DNA from: Dehalococcoidia bacterium
GTDB lineage: Bacteria > Chloroflexota > Dehalococcoidia > UBA2979
Direction of reading: 5' to 3'
Length of the DNA stretch: 64,000 nucleotides
Assembly (NCBI GenBank): GCA_965219085.1
Contig: OZ244720.1
Span: forward strand, 416,001 to 480,000
Position 1 is the stretch's first letter. Each line of letters begins with the position of its first letter. Shown in pieces: positions 19,885 through 28,063 of this stretch. The notes beneath the pieces were generated by a model, which searched no databases, had not been told where the DNA came from, and worked only from the letters and a program-made list of their open reading frames with translations. The position numbers and the translations under genes were made by a program.

Positions 19885-21093
19885 ATGACTGGACCGCTCG
19901 AGGGGGCGCGGGTTCTCGACCTCACACAGGGGGTCGCGGGTCCGTACGCGACAAAGCTGTTCTCGGACTACGGCGCGGAGGTCATCAAGATCGAGCGCCC
20001 GGGAGGCGGCGACGCCTCGCGCCGCCTTGGCCCGTTCCCCAACGACGAGCCTCACATCGAGGCGAGCGGGATGTTCCTGCACCTCAACACCGGCAAGCGC
20101 AGCGTCACGCTCGACCTCAGCACCGCGACCGGGCGCAACCTGCTGCTCCGGCTCGCCGCCGAGGCGGACATCATCGTCGAGAGCTTCCGGCCCGGCGCCC
20201 TCGAACGCCTCGGCATCGGCCCCGACGTGCTCGCCGAGGCGAGCCCGGCGGCGGCGCTCGTGCGCATCTCGAACTTCGGCCAGGACGGCCCGTACCGGGA
20301 CTTCGAGGCCGACGACATGCTGCTCTACGCCTCCGGCGGCGTGATGCAGATCACCGGCGACCCCGACCGCGAGCCGCTCAAGCTGGGGCTCTACACGCCG
20401 CTGTTCTTCGCCGGCTGCGTGGTCGCCGGCATGATGATGGGTGCGCTCCGCACCTCCATGCGCGACCAGCAGGGCGAGCGCGTCGAGATTTCGATCCATG
20501 AGATCCTGACCGCCTCGATGGACCGCGGCGGTCCGAACATCGTCGCCCACCAGTACTCGGGCTCGCTCATGATCGAGCGCATGAAGAACGTCGTCTTCAG
20601 CGGGCTGCCGAGCGGCGTCTACCCCTGCGCCGACGGCTACGTGCAGGTTGCGACCCAGCCGGCGTGGTTCGCGCGGATGTGCCGCGCGATGGGCCGCGAG
20701 GACCTGCTCGAGGACGAGCACTTCGTCGCGAACGTCTACAACCCGGACTTCCTCCCCGAGGTCGAGGCGATCTTCTACCCCTGGATCCTCGCGCACACGA
20801 AGCAGGAGGTGATGGAGATCGCGCAGGCCGAGGGCTGGCCGGTGTGCGCCATCAACACCGTCGAGGACGCCTATCGCGATCCCGCCTTCCGCGCGCGCGG
20901 CTTCTTCCAGACCGTCGATCACCCCGTCGTGGGTCCGCTCGAATACCCCGGCCTGCCGGTGCGGTTCACCGCCACGCCGGGCGAGATCCGGCCCGCCCCC
21001 CTGCTCGGCGAGCACACGTTCGAGGTGCTCACCGAGCGCCTCGGCCACACGCCCGAGGAGGTCGCGATCCTCGGGCAGCGCGGCGTGATCTAG
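19885..21093 (+). CDS. Family III CoA-transferase, catalytic Asp apparently absent
   Basis: PLEGARVLD, AGPY, LNTGKRS, SNFGQDGPY. Confidence 0.92.
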   Translation: MTGPLEGARVLDLTQGVAGPYATKLFSDYGAEVIKIERPGGGDASRRLGPFPNDEPHIEASGMFLHLNTGKRSVTLDLSTATGRNLLLRLAAEADIIVESFRPGALERLGIGPDVLAEASPAAALVRISNFGQDGPYRDFEADDMLLYASGGVMQITGDPDREPLKLGLYTPLFFAGCVVAGMMMGALRTSMRDQQGERVEISIHEILTASMDRGGPNIVAHQYSGSLMIERMKNVVFSGLPSGVYPCADGYVQVATQPAWFARMCRAMGREDLLEDEHFVANVYNPDFLPEVEAIFYPWILAHTKQEVMEIAQAEGWPVCAINTVEDAYRDPAFRARGFFQTVDHPVVGPLEYPGLPVRFTATPGEIRPAPLLGEHTFEVLTERLGHTPEEVAILGQRGVI

Positions 21094-21102
21094 GAGTTGA
21101 CG

Positions 21103-22404
21103 ATGGCCGACCCGGCAAAACCACTCGACGGCGTACGCGTGCTGGCCCAGGCCATCGTCTGGGCGGGGCCGTTCGGGACGCTGATCCTCGCCGACCTCGG
21201 CGCCGAGGTGATCGAGATCGAGTCGCTCCAGCACCTCAACCCGACGCGCACGAACTTCCGGCACATCCCGCAGGAGTTGCTCGACGGCCGCGGCGGCGCC
21301 TCGTACCTCAACCGCGACGGCAGCGAGGGCTTCTGGAACCGCCAGGCGTGGTTCAACTACGCCAAACGCGGCTGCAAGTCCGTCACGCTCGACCTGCAGA
21401 GCGAGCGCGGGCACGAGCTGTTCCTTGACCTCGTGCGCCACAGCGACGCGTACATCGAGAACAACGCCGCCGACGTCGTCGACAACCTCGGCATCGGCTA
21501 CGAGGTGCTGCGCGAGGCCAACCCGCAGCTGATCATGGTTCGCTTCCCGGGCTTCGGCATCGAGGGGCCGTACCGCGACTTCAAGGGGTACGGCGCGAAT
21601 ATGGAAGCCGTCGCCGGCCACACCGCGATCCGCGGCTACGAGGGTTCTGATCCCTCCGACACGCCTGCCTCGCTGCACGGCGACCCCACCGCGGGCTCGG
21701 CGGTCGCGTTCGCACTACAGGCCGCGCTCTTCGCGCGCGACCGCACGGGCGAGGGTCAGCTCGTCGAGGTCTCGCAGGTCGAGGCCGTGACCCCGCACCT
21801 CGGGCACTCGTTCATGGACTACGCGATGAACGGCCGCGTGCAGGGCCACTGGGGCAACCGCCACCCCTCGATGGCGCCCTACGGCGCGTTCCCGTGCGCG
21901 GGCGACGACCGCTGGATCGCGATCGCGATCCCCTCGGACGAGGCGTTCGCGAGCCTGTGCGCCGAAATGGGCCGCCCCGAGCTGGCCGAGGACGAGCGCT
22001 TCGCCGACGCCGCGGTGCGCTACGCCAACACCGACGCGATCAACGCCGAGGTCGCCGCCTGGACCCCCGGGTTCCCGAACCACGATCTGATGGTGCGGCT
22101 CCAGGCCGCGGGCGTGCCGGCGATCGCGCTGACGCACCAGGAGGAGATGACGACCGACCCGCACCACGTCGCGCGCGGCTACTTCCAGCCGATCGAGCAA
22201 CACGAGGCGGGGACGCACCTCTTCCCCGGCCCGATGGCGCGCTTCGAGCGCACCTCGCTGCTCCCGGCGCGCCCCGCACCCACCCTCGGAGGCCATAACG
22301 AGGAGATCCTGCGCGGCGTGCTCGGCCTCGACGCCGACGCGTACCAGCAGCTGATCGACGACGAGGTGATCGGCACGGTCTACGTGGAGGACGCGACCGC
22401 CTGA
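21103..22404 (+). CDS. Family III CoA-transferase, catalytic Asp present
   Basis: PLDGVRVL, WAGP, GDPTAG, APTLGGHN; AGGAG RBS. Confidence 0.92.
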   Translation: MADPAKPLDGVRVLAQAIVWAGPFGTLILADLGAEVIEIESLQHLNPTRTNFRHIPQELLDGRGGASYLNRDGSEGFWNRQAWFNYAKRGCKSVTLDLQSERGHELFLDLVRHSDAYIENNAADVVDNLGIGYEVLREANPQLIMVRFPGFGIEGPYRDFKGYGANMEAVAGHTAIRGYEGSDPSDTPASLHGDPTAGSAVAFALQAALFARDRTGEGQLVEVSQVEAVTPHLGHSFMDYAMNGRVQGHWGNRHPSMAPYGAFPCAGDDRWIAIAIPSDEAFASLCAEMGRPELAEDERFADAAVRYANTDAINAEVAAWTPGFPNHDLMVRLQAAGVPAIALTHQEEMTTDPHHVARGYFQPIEQHEAGTHLFPGPMARFERTSLLPARPAPTLGGHNEEILRGVLGLDADAYQQLIDDEVIGTVYVEDATA

Positions 22405-22436
22405 CGCCCGCACGCCCAGCCATGGGCGTCGATTTC

Positions 22437-22461
22437 CCGTACGTAGTACTCCGTACATGAT
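22437..22461 (+). promoter_or_regulatory. Conserved upstream motif, copy 1 (CCGTAC-N13-CATGAT)
   Basis: Same spacing recurs at 23779 and 24440, each ahead of a paralogous gene. Confidence 0.65.
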
Positions 22462-22555
22462 GAGCGCATCCACGATGTGATGCGCCGCCCGCGCCTGATC
22501 GGTGGCGGCGCGCCGGAGCCCCCTCCGGCCGCGGCTTGCTGGACTACAGGTGCGG

Positions 22556-23647
22556 ATGTCTCGCAACGGGGCGTTTCGGCGCTGGCTGCTGCTCCTGTCC
22601 GGGGCGCTCGTCTGCGCGCTGCTCGGCGCGGGCATCGTCCTCGTGGCCGGCGTCGGATTCGCGCAGGACGGCGGCGCCGAGGTCCGCATCACGGCCATGC
22701 GCCACGACGATGGGCGCATCGAGTTCGCGCTGCAGGAGCGTGCGGGCGCGGGGTGGAGCGACCGCCTGCTGCCGCGCGCGCGGTTCTTCCCGGCGAGCGG
22801 CCGCGAGGGCCGCTGGCTGGTCTCGACGCCGCTCACCGTTGGTCCTCTCGAGGCGACGGCCGTGTCGACTCCGACGGTTGCGCCCGCCGCGACCGCGACG
22901 CATGAGGCGACCGCAACGGTCGAACCGCCGCCTTCGGCGCTGAGTCTGGCCGGGATTGTGGTGGCGCCCGAGAACTGCGACGGCTACGACCGCGACCACT
23001 TCGCCAGCTATAACGCCCGATCCCTTCGCGACCGCTGGGATGCCGATGACGGCGCAGCCGACGGCGTCATCACGGGGTGGTACACCGGGCTGCGACTGGC
23101 GAACAGCGGGCAGGCCGTCCACGTCGAGCATGTCGTCGCCCTCAAGGAGGCGTGGTGCTCCGGGTATCGGGAGCCCTCGCTCGGTAACTGGCCAACCAAC
23201 CTTCGGCCCGCGCAGGCTGCGCTGAACTTGTCGAAGTCAGACCGCGACCCTGCGGAGTGGGATCGGCCGGACCTTCCCGGGTGGTGCCGGTATCTCGCGC
23301 TCCACGCCCAAGTGAAACGGCAACTGAGGATGACCGCCGACCGCGCGGAATTGGACTACATCGCCCGCTCCTGGGCCGCCGGCTGCGGCGATGTTGTGGC
23401 CGCTCCGGCGGCCGAGCCCACGGCGACATCCGAGCCAACGGTGACGCCGACACCGACGGCCGGAGCGGCGTATAGCGGGCCGCAGCCCGCCAGGACGTGC
23501 GGGGCGTTCGGCTGGCGCGTGGACCGTCGCACGCACCCCAACCTGTACGCCGCTCTCAGTGCTCTCGGGATGCGCGACGGCAATAGCGACGGGATCATGT
23601 GCAACGCGGAGCGGGCCTACCGCGGCCCCGACTACCCCGCGCCGTGA
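22556..23647 (+). CDS. Secreted protein: conserved unnamed N-domain + DUF1524-like HNH nuclease + Excalibur-like Ca-binding tail
   Basis: Signal peptide; EVRITAMRHDDGRIEFALQER...LPRARFFPASGREGRWL; HVEHVVALKEAW...NL...NLSKSDRDPAEW; RDGNSDGIMC. Confidence 0.8.
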   Translation: MSRNGAFRRWLLLLSGALVCALLGAGIVLVAGVGFAQDGGAEVRITAMRHDDGRIEFALQERAGAGWSDRLLPRARFFPASGREGRWLVSTPLTVGPLEATAVSTPTVAPAATATHEATATVEPPPSALSLAGIVVAPENCDGYDRDHFASYNARSLRDRWDADDGAADGVITGWYTGLRLANSGQAVHVEHVVALKEAWCSGYREPSLGNWPTNLRPAQAALNLSKSDRDPAEWDRPDLPGWCRYLALHAQVKRQLRMTADRAELDYIARSWAAGCGDVVAAPAAEPTATSEPTVTPTPTAGAAYSGPQPARTCGAFGWRVDRRTHPNLYAALSALGMRDGNSDGIMCNAERAYRGPDYPAP

Positions 23648-23679
23648 GCCTCGGCCGGGCGGGTCTGCTACCGCCCGGC

Positions 23680-23770
23680 GCCGCCCAGGCGATGGCGCCC
23701 ACTTCCCGCAGCCTCGCGATCTCGGCGTCGTCGATGCCGTGCTCGGTGTCACCTCGTCGGCGTGGCGGGC
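23680..23770 (-). repeat. Degenerate copy of the 3' end of the CoA-transferase gene at 25512-25603
   Basis: gccgcccaggcgatggcgcccacttcccgcagcctcgcgatctcggcgtcgtcgatgccgtgctcg vs gccgctcaggcgatggcgctcagttcccgcagccgcgcgatctccgcgtcgtcgacgccgtgctcg. Confidence 0.85.
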
Positions 23771-23778
23771 GGCATATC

Positions 23779-23803
23779 CCGTACATTGCATCCCATATAT
23801 GAT
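23779..23803 (+). promoter_or_regulatory. Conserved upstream motif, copy 2 (CCGTAC-N13-TATGAT)
   Basis: Similarity to copy 1 extends through ...atcc...gtgatgc. Confidence 0.65.
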
Positions 23804-23894
23804 GCCCGTATCCGTCACGTGATGCCTGCGCCCCGGCACGGCTCCGGCCCGGTGCTCGATACGGGTTGACCGGCGGCGTGGGAGGAATCGGGCC

Positions 23895-24431
23895 ATGGCG
23901 ATGTTGAGACCGAGCGCGAGGGCGCTCATCCTGGCGTTCTTCGTGGGTGTAATCGCCCTCGGCGCTGGCATCGCGGTGGCGCACGACAGCGGCACGGAGG
24001 TGCGGATCACCGCAATGCGTCTCGACGACGGTCGCATCGAGTTCGCGCTCCAGGAGCGGGAGGGCGAGGGATGGAGCGAGCGCATCCTCCCTCGCGCGCG
24101 CTTCTTCCCGGCGAGCGGGAGCGAGGGGCGATGGCTCAACTCCACGCCGATCACCGTCGGTGAGTTGGAAGCAGGGGCGTCGGCTACGCCCACGGCGACA
24201 CCGACCGCCACGCCCACGGCGACACCGACTGCTACGCCCACGGCGACACCGACTGCTACGCCCACGGCGACACCGACTGCCACGCCCACATCCGAGTTCC
24301 ACTGTCATTGTCGACGTGTCATCAACGCCGGTACTCGTTGTGACCGGCGATATACGGCGCAAGGGGGCCCCGGATATTGCCATACGGGGGAGTCCCACGG
24401 AGCCTTCAATACTTGGCCGCCGCGACACTAG
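23895..24431 (+). CDS. Secreted protein: conserved N-domain + PTAT linker + short Cys/His-rich tail
   Basis: GGGAGGA RBS, signal peptide, same N-domain, tail FHCHCRR...CDRR...YCHTGESH. Confidence 0.8.
   Translation: MAMLRPSARALILAFFVGVIALGAGIAVAHDSGTEVRITAMRLDDGRIEFALQEREGEGWSERILPRARFFPASGSEGRWLNSTPITVGELEAGASATPTATPTATPTATPTATPTATPTATPTATPTATPTSEFHCHCRRVINAGTRCDRRYTAQGGPGYCHTGESHGAFNTWPPRH
24183..24290 (+). repeat. Coding 24-bp tandem repeat (ATPTATPT), about 4.5 units
   Basis: gcYacgcccacggcgacaccgacY units. Confidence 0.85.
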
Positions 24432-24439
24432 CTAGTGTT

Positions 24440-24464
24440 CCGTACGTGATAGCCCATTCATGAT
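24440..24464 (+). promoter_or_regulatory. Conserved upstream motif, copy 3 (CCGTAC-N13-CATGAT)
   Basis: Starts 9 nt after the stop of the preceding paralog. Confidence 0.65.
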
Positions 24465-24554
24465 TGTGTGGGCTCGCGGGCGGCGGCCTCGAACGATCCG
24501 TACCCGCGATCCACAGTCGGAAGCGGCGCGGAACTGTCACAGGGGGAGCGGACG

Positions 24555-25487
24555 ATGACGACGATCGGCAAAAGTGGCAAGACGCTCATCATCGCGCTGC
24601 TCGTGGGCGTGATCGCGCTCGGCGTCGGCCTCGCGGTCGCGCACAACGACGGTACGGAGATTCGCATCACGGCGATGCGCCACGACGACGGGCGCATCGA
24701 GTTCGCGGTCCAGGAGCGCGAAGGCGAGGGGTGGGGCGAGCGTGTCCTGCCGCGCGCACGCTTCTTCCCGGCAAGCGGCCGCGAGGGCCGGTGGCTCAAC
24801 TCCACGCCGATCACCGTCGGCGTGGTCGACGAGCTGGAGACAGCGACGGCCACCCCATCACCCACCGCTACGGCAACGCCGAGCGCAACGGCGACCCCTG
24901 TACCAGCGGCTACACCGATGCCTACTGTAACGGCGACGCCCGCGCCGGCCCAGAGCGCATCAGCATCGCGCACATATACCATCGAGGACCCGCACGACCG
25001 CTTCCAGGTCAACGACATCACTGAGCTTCAGGTAAAGGTTGGGGCGACGACCATCGCAATACGGGTTACGTCAGGCGAGTTCTTCTCGTTCTCCGAGCAA
25101 TGGACCGGAGACAGCAGTTACGTCCACCTGAACTTCGACTTCGATAACGATCCTGGTGAGCATGGCTTGTACGACGATGATCTCCTGGTGGCTGTGCGTG
25201 GAAGTACGGCGACGTTCTACGATACCACTGGCGACACGTTCGTTCGATTGGGCAGTTCTAGCGTAACTCAGGAAGATGAGTCGGGGGCAACCTGCACAGT
25301 CGTCTGTGAGGTTCTGTCATTCGAGATCCCGAGAGAACACTTTGGCGACGCGACGATTGCGGCTGTGTCGGTAACCGGCGCATGGGCCCTTTCGTCGCCG
25401 GATTGCGATAGCTACGGCTGCTCTTGGTACGACTATGATTGGGTGCCGGATGTCCTGGAGCCGCATCCGGTCATCGCCCTCGACTGA
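24555..25487 (+). CDS. Secreted protein: conserved N-domain + P/T linker + acidic beta-rich C-terminal domain
   Basis: GGGGGAG RBS; same N-domain; IEDPHD...DITEL...FDFDNDP...FEIPREHFG...DWVPD resembles a beta-sandwich. Confidence 0.8.
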   Translation: MTTIGKSGKTLIIALLVGVIALGVGLAVAHNDGTEIRITAMRHDDGRIEFAVQEREGEGWGERVLPRARFFPASGREGRWLNSTPITVGVVDELETATATPSPTATATPSATATPVPAATPMPTVTATPAPAQSASASRTYTIEDPHDRFQVNDITELQVKVGATTIAIRVTSGEFFSFSEQWTGDSSYVHLNFDFDNDPGEHGLYDDDLLVAVRGSTATFYDTTGDTFVRLGSSSVTQEDESGATCTVVCEVLSFEIPREHFGDATIAAVSVTGAWALSSPDCDSYGCSWYDYDWVPDVLEPHPVIALD

Positions 25488-25516
25488 TCGTGGACGATAG
25501 TCGGTCGGCGTGCCGC

Positions 25517-26800
25517 TCAGGCGATGGCGCTCAGTTCCCGCAGCCGCGCGATCTCCGCGTCGTCGACGCCGTGCTCGTGTAGCACCTCGTCCGTGTGGCG
25601 GCCGAGGGGCGGTGAGGGGCGCGTCGAGCCCGTCGGTGTCTCCGACATCGACACGATCGGGCCGACCATCGTCTCGGGGCCCGTCAGCTCGTGCTCGAGC
25701 TCGATCATGTAGCCCATCGCCTGCACCTGCGGGTCGGTGGCGAGGTCCTCGGGCCAGTTCACCTTCGAGATCGGCGCGCCCTCACGGTCGAAGATCTCGA
25801 GCCACTCGTCCATGGTCCTGGTGAGCATGATCTTGCGGATGCGCTCCAGCATCACGTCGACGAGCTTGCGGTTCTCCGCCGGAAGCGAGTCGAAGTCGGG
25901 GTCGGCCGTCGGGTCGTCCTCGACGCCGATCGCGCGCCGCATCTGGTCGCGGTTGAGCGGGGTGAGCGCCCCAAGGATGACGCCGCCGTCCTTGACGGCG
26001 TAGCCGCCGTAGAACAGGCGGGCCGCCGCCCGCCCCATCTGGTCGAAGAGGTTGCCGCGCGCCGCGATCAGCTCGCGGTAGCTGCCGCCGGCCTCCTGCA
26101 CCTCGCGCATGCGGTCCAGCGCCCGGTCGGTGGTCTGGGCGTCGATCGCGGGCAGCTTGCCGATGCGCGTGCCCTGCATGGCGAGGCCGGCCTGCAGCAG
26201 CGATGTCTGGACGTGCTGGCCCTTGCCGGTGCGCTCGCGGTGGAAGAGCGCCGCGGAGATCGCCATCGCGCCGGCCAGCCCGGCGTGGAAGTCGGCGGGC
26301 GCGGTCGCGGTGATGATCTCCGGTGCGCCGTGCTCGTCGACCTTGCCGTCACCGGCGAGGAGGCCCGAGTAGGCCTGCGCCACGGCGTCCGAGCCCGAAC
26401 GGAACTCGCTGGGACCGCCACGCCCGAAGCCGGTGTTCTCGAAGTAGACGAGGTCCGGGCGGAACTGCTTCAGCGTTTCGTAGTCCACGCGCAGCCGCTC
26501 CGGCACGCCGGAGCGAGCGTTGATCACGAACACGTCGAAGCCCGCGATGATGCGGTGCACCAGCTCCTGGGCGTCGGTCGACTGCAGGTCCATGACGAGC
26601 GACCGCTTGCCGCGGTTGAGCGAGTGGAAGCCCTTGCTCTCGCCAGGCACGAAGCCGCCGGACTGGCGGATGCCCTCGCCGCCCGGGGGTTCGACCTTGA
26701 TCACGTCGGCGCCGAGGTCGACGAGGTTGAGGCCGCAGTAGGGCCCGGCCACGATCTGCGAGACCTCGAACACCTTGATGCCATCCAGCGGACCCGGCAT
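25517..26800 (-). CDS. Family III CoA-transferase
   Basis: GPLDGIKV, GADVIKVEPPGGE, LNRGKRS, ADFHAG. Confidence 0.92.
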   Translation of the reverse strand: MPGPLDGIKVFEVSQIVAGPYCGLNLVDLGADVIKVEPPGGEGIRQSGGFVPGESKGFHSLNRGKRSLVMDLQSTDAQELVHRIIAGFDVFVINARSGVPERLRVDYETLKQFRPDLVYFENTGFGRGGPSEFRSGSDAVAQAYSGLLAGDGKVDEHGAPEIITATAPADFHAGLAGAMAISAALFHRERTGKGQHVQTSLLQAGLAMQGTRIGKLPAIDAQTTDRALDRMREVQEAGGSYRELIAARGNLFDQMGRAAARLFYGGYAVKDGGVILGALTPLNRDQMRRAIGVEDDPTADPDFDSLPAENRKLVDVMLERIRKIMLTRTMDEWLEIFDREGAPISKVNWPEDLATDPQVQAMGYMIELEHELTGPETMVGPIVSMSETPTGSTRPSPPLGRHTDEVLHEHGVDDAEIARLRELSAIA

Positions 26801-26950
26801 GTACGATCCCTCCCTCTACGTCGTGGCCTTCGCCCCGTGCGCCGCGTGATGCGGCGCGCCGTTTCGGTTCATCTACGCGAGGCAGCGAGCACGCGCAACG
26901 TGGACGGTTCAGAGCGGTGACGCGAGAGCCAGTCTGTAGCTGGACGTGCG

Positions 26951-27229
26951 TCAGGCCGACGCTGAGCTATGTGTGCTGCTGCCCGTTGAGCGCTCTTTGA
27001 AGCGATCGAGGGCGCGATCGGCCATTCCGGCAATGTCGAAGAAGTAGCGTGCGTGTGTGCGCCTGAGGTCGTCTTCGGACTCACCGTAGAAGAGCACAAC
27101 CTCGTGGCTGCTGCCCAAGGCCTCGCGCTCGCGCTCTGAGTACGCCGCAAGCGCCTCACCGACTTCCTCGATCGGGGTGACGCTGACCTCGCTGGTGTCA
27201 TGGTCGTAGTCGAGCAGGAAGTACTTCAT
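26951..27229 (-). CDS. Putative antitoxin resembling the C-terminal domain of fused CapRel
   Basis: YFLLDYD...ALAAYSERE...EVVLF..ESEDDLRRTHARYFFD; ATGA overlap with the upstream synthetase. Confidence 0.7.
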   Translation of the reverse strand: MKYFLLDYDHDTSEVSVTPIEEVGEALAAYSEREREALGSSHEVVLFYGESEDDLRRTHARYFFDIAGMADRALDRFKERSTGSSTHSSASA

Positions 27230-28017
27230 TCGAACATCCGTGTGAGCGCGTCGATCGCGTCGCCCACAATCCGTTGCTGGGCGTCGCTGAGGGCTACTTC
27301 GAACTCGCCCGGCAGTGTATCAGAGGGGATCGATGCCAGAGCATGTAGCTGCATCGCCGTGGCTGCTGCAGTCAGCAGTTCCATCAGCGCACCTCCAAGG
27401 TCTGGCGCGTTTCGATCATCAGTGCCGTCAGACTCAAGGCGACGTGCTGCGGTAGCGTCCAATCCCGCGCAAAGCAGGGATGCATCATCCAGCACCTTGC
27501 GCGCCGCAGACGGGCCGCCTCCGTACTTGATCTCGGGATCCAGATTGTTTGCGAGTGCCTCAGACGCATTCGCCCACATGTCTTCCCACAGCGTGCGCAC
27601 CTGCACCTCAACCGGCCGCCCCTGCGCTCGAACGACGATGTGGATCGCGCGGTATCCGTCGCGCGGAGTCGTCTGGTAGTCACGCTCGCGCATGACCTCC
27701 CAGGCTCCGCGGATGCGATAGAGCACCTGCCGCTGCTCGACCATCGTCGGCAGGACTACGCGACACCCAGCGATGTCCTCCAGCCGAGACAGGTCGCTCG
27801 TCGAGCGGCGAAGCTTCTCGACCACGGTCTCGAAGCGCTTCAGGCGTGATTGGACCGGCGCACCGTCTGCGAAGCTCCCGATGGCTTGGGCAACTTCGAG
27901 CAGCGGCTCAGCGAATGTGTCCCGATAGTCGGCGTAGATCTGGCGATCCGCCTCACTCGGCGTTTCGTCTTTGCGCAGGCGCTCACCCGCGCGTCTGACT
28001 TGACTGCGACTCACCAT
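27226..28017 (-). CDS. RelA/SpoT-domain small alarmone synthetase, CapRel-like toxSAS
   Basis: SRSQVRRAGERL, SRLKRFETVVEKL, EDIAGCRVV, DGYRAIH, EVQVRT, IKYGGG. Confidence 0.85.
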   Translation of the reverse strand: MVSRSQVRRAGERLRKDETPSEADRQIYADYRDTFAEPLLEVAQAIGSFADGAPVQSRLKRFETVVEKLRRSTSDLSRLEDIAGCRVVLPTMVEQRQVLYRIRGAWEVMRERDYQTTPRDGYRAIHIVVRAQGRPVEVQVRTLWEDMWANASEALANNLDPEIKYGGGPSAARKVLDDASLLCAGLDATAARRLESDGTDDRNAPDLGGALMELLTAAATAMQLHALASIPSDTLPGEFEVALSDAQQRIVGDAIDALTRMFE

Positions 28018-28063
28018 GCTTGATCCAGCGTCGCACATTGCCGGGCCCCGCGCCCGGCGCCGG

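Noticed and set aside
22556-23647. Classical polymorphic toxin with immunity gene
   Set aside because: No small downstream immunity ORF; the HNH resembles secreted DUF1524-type nucleases.
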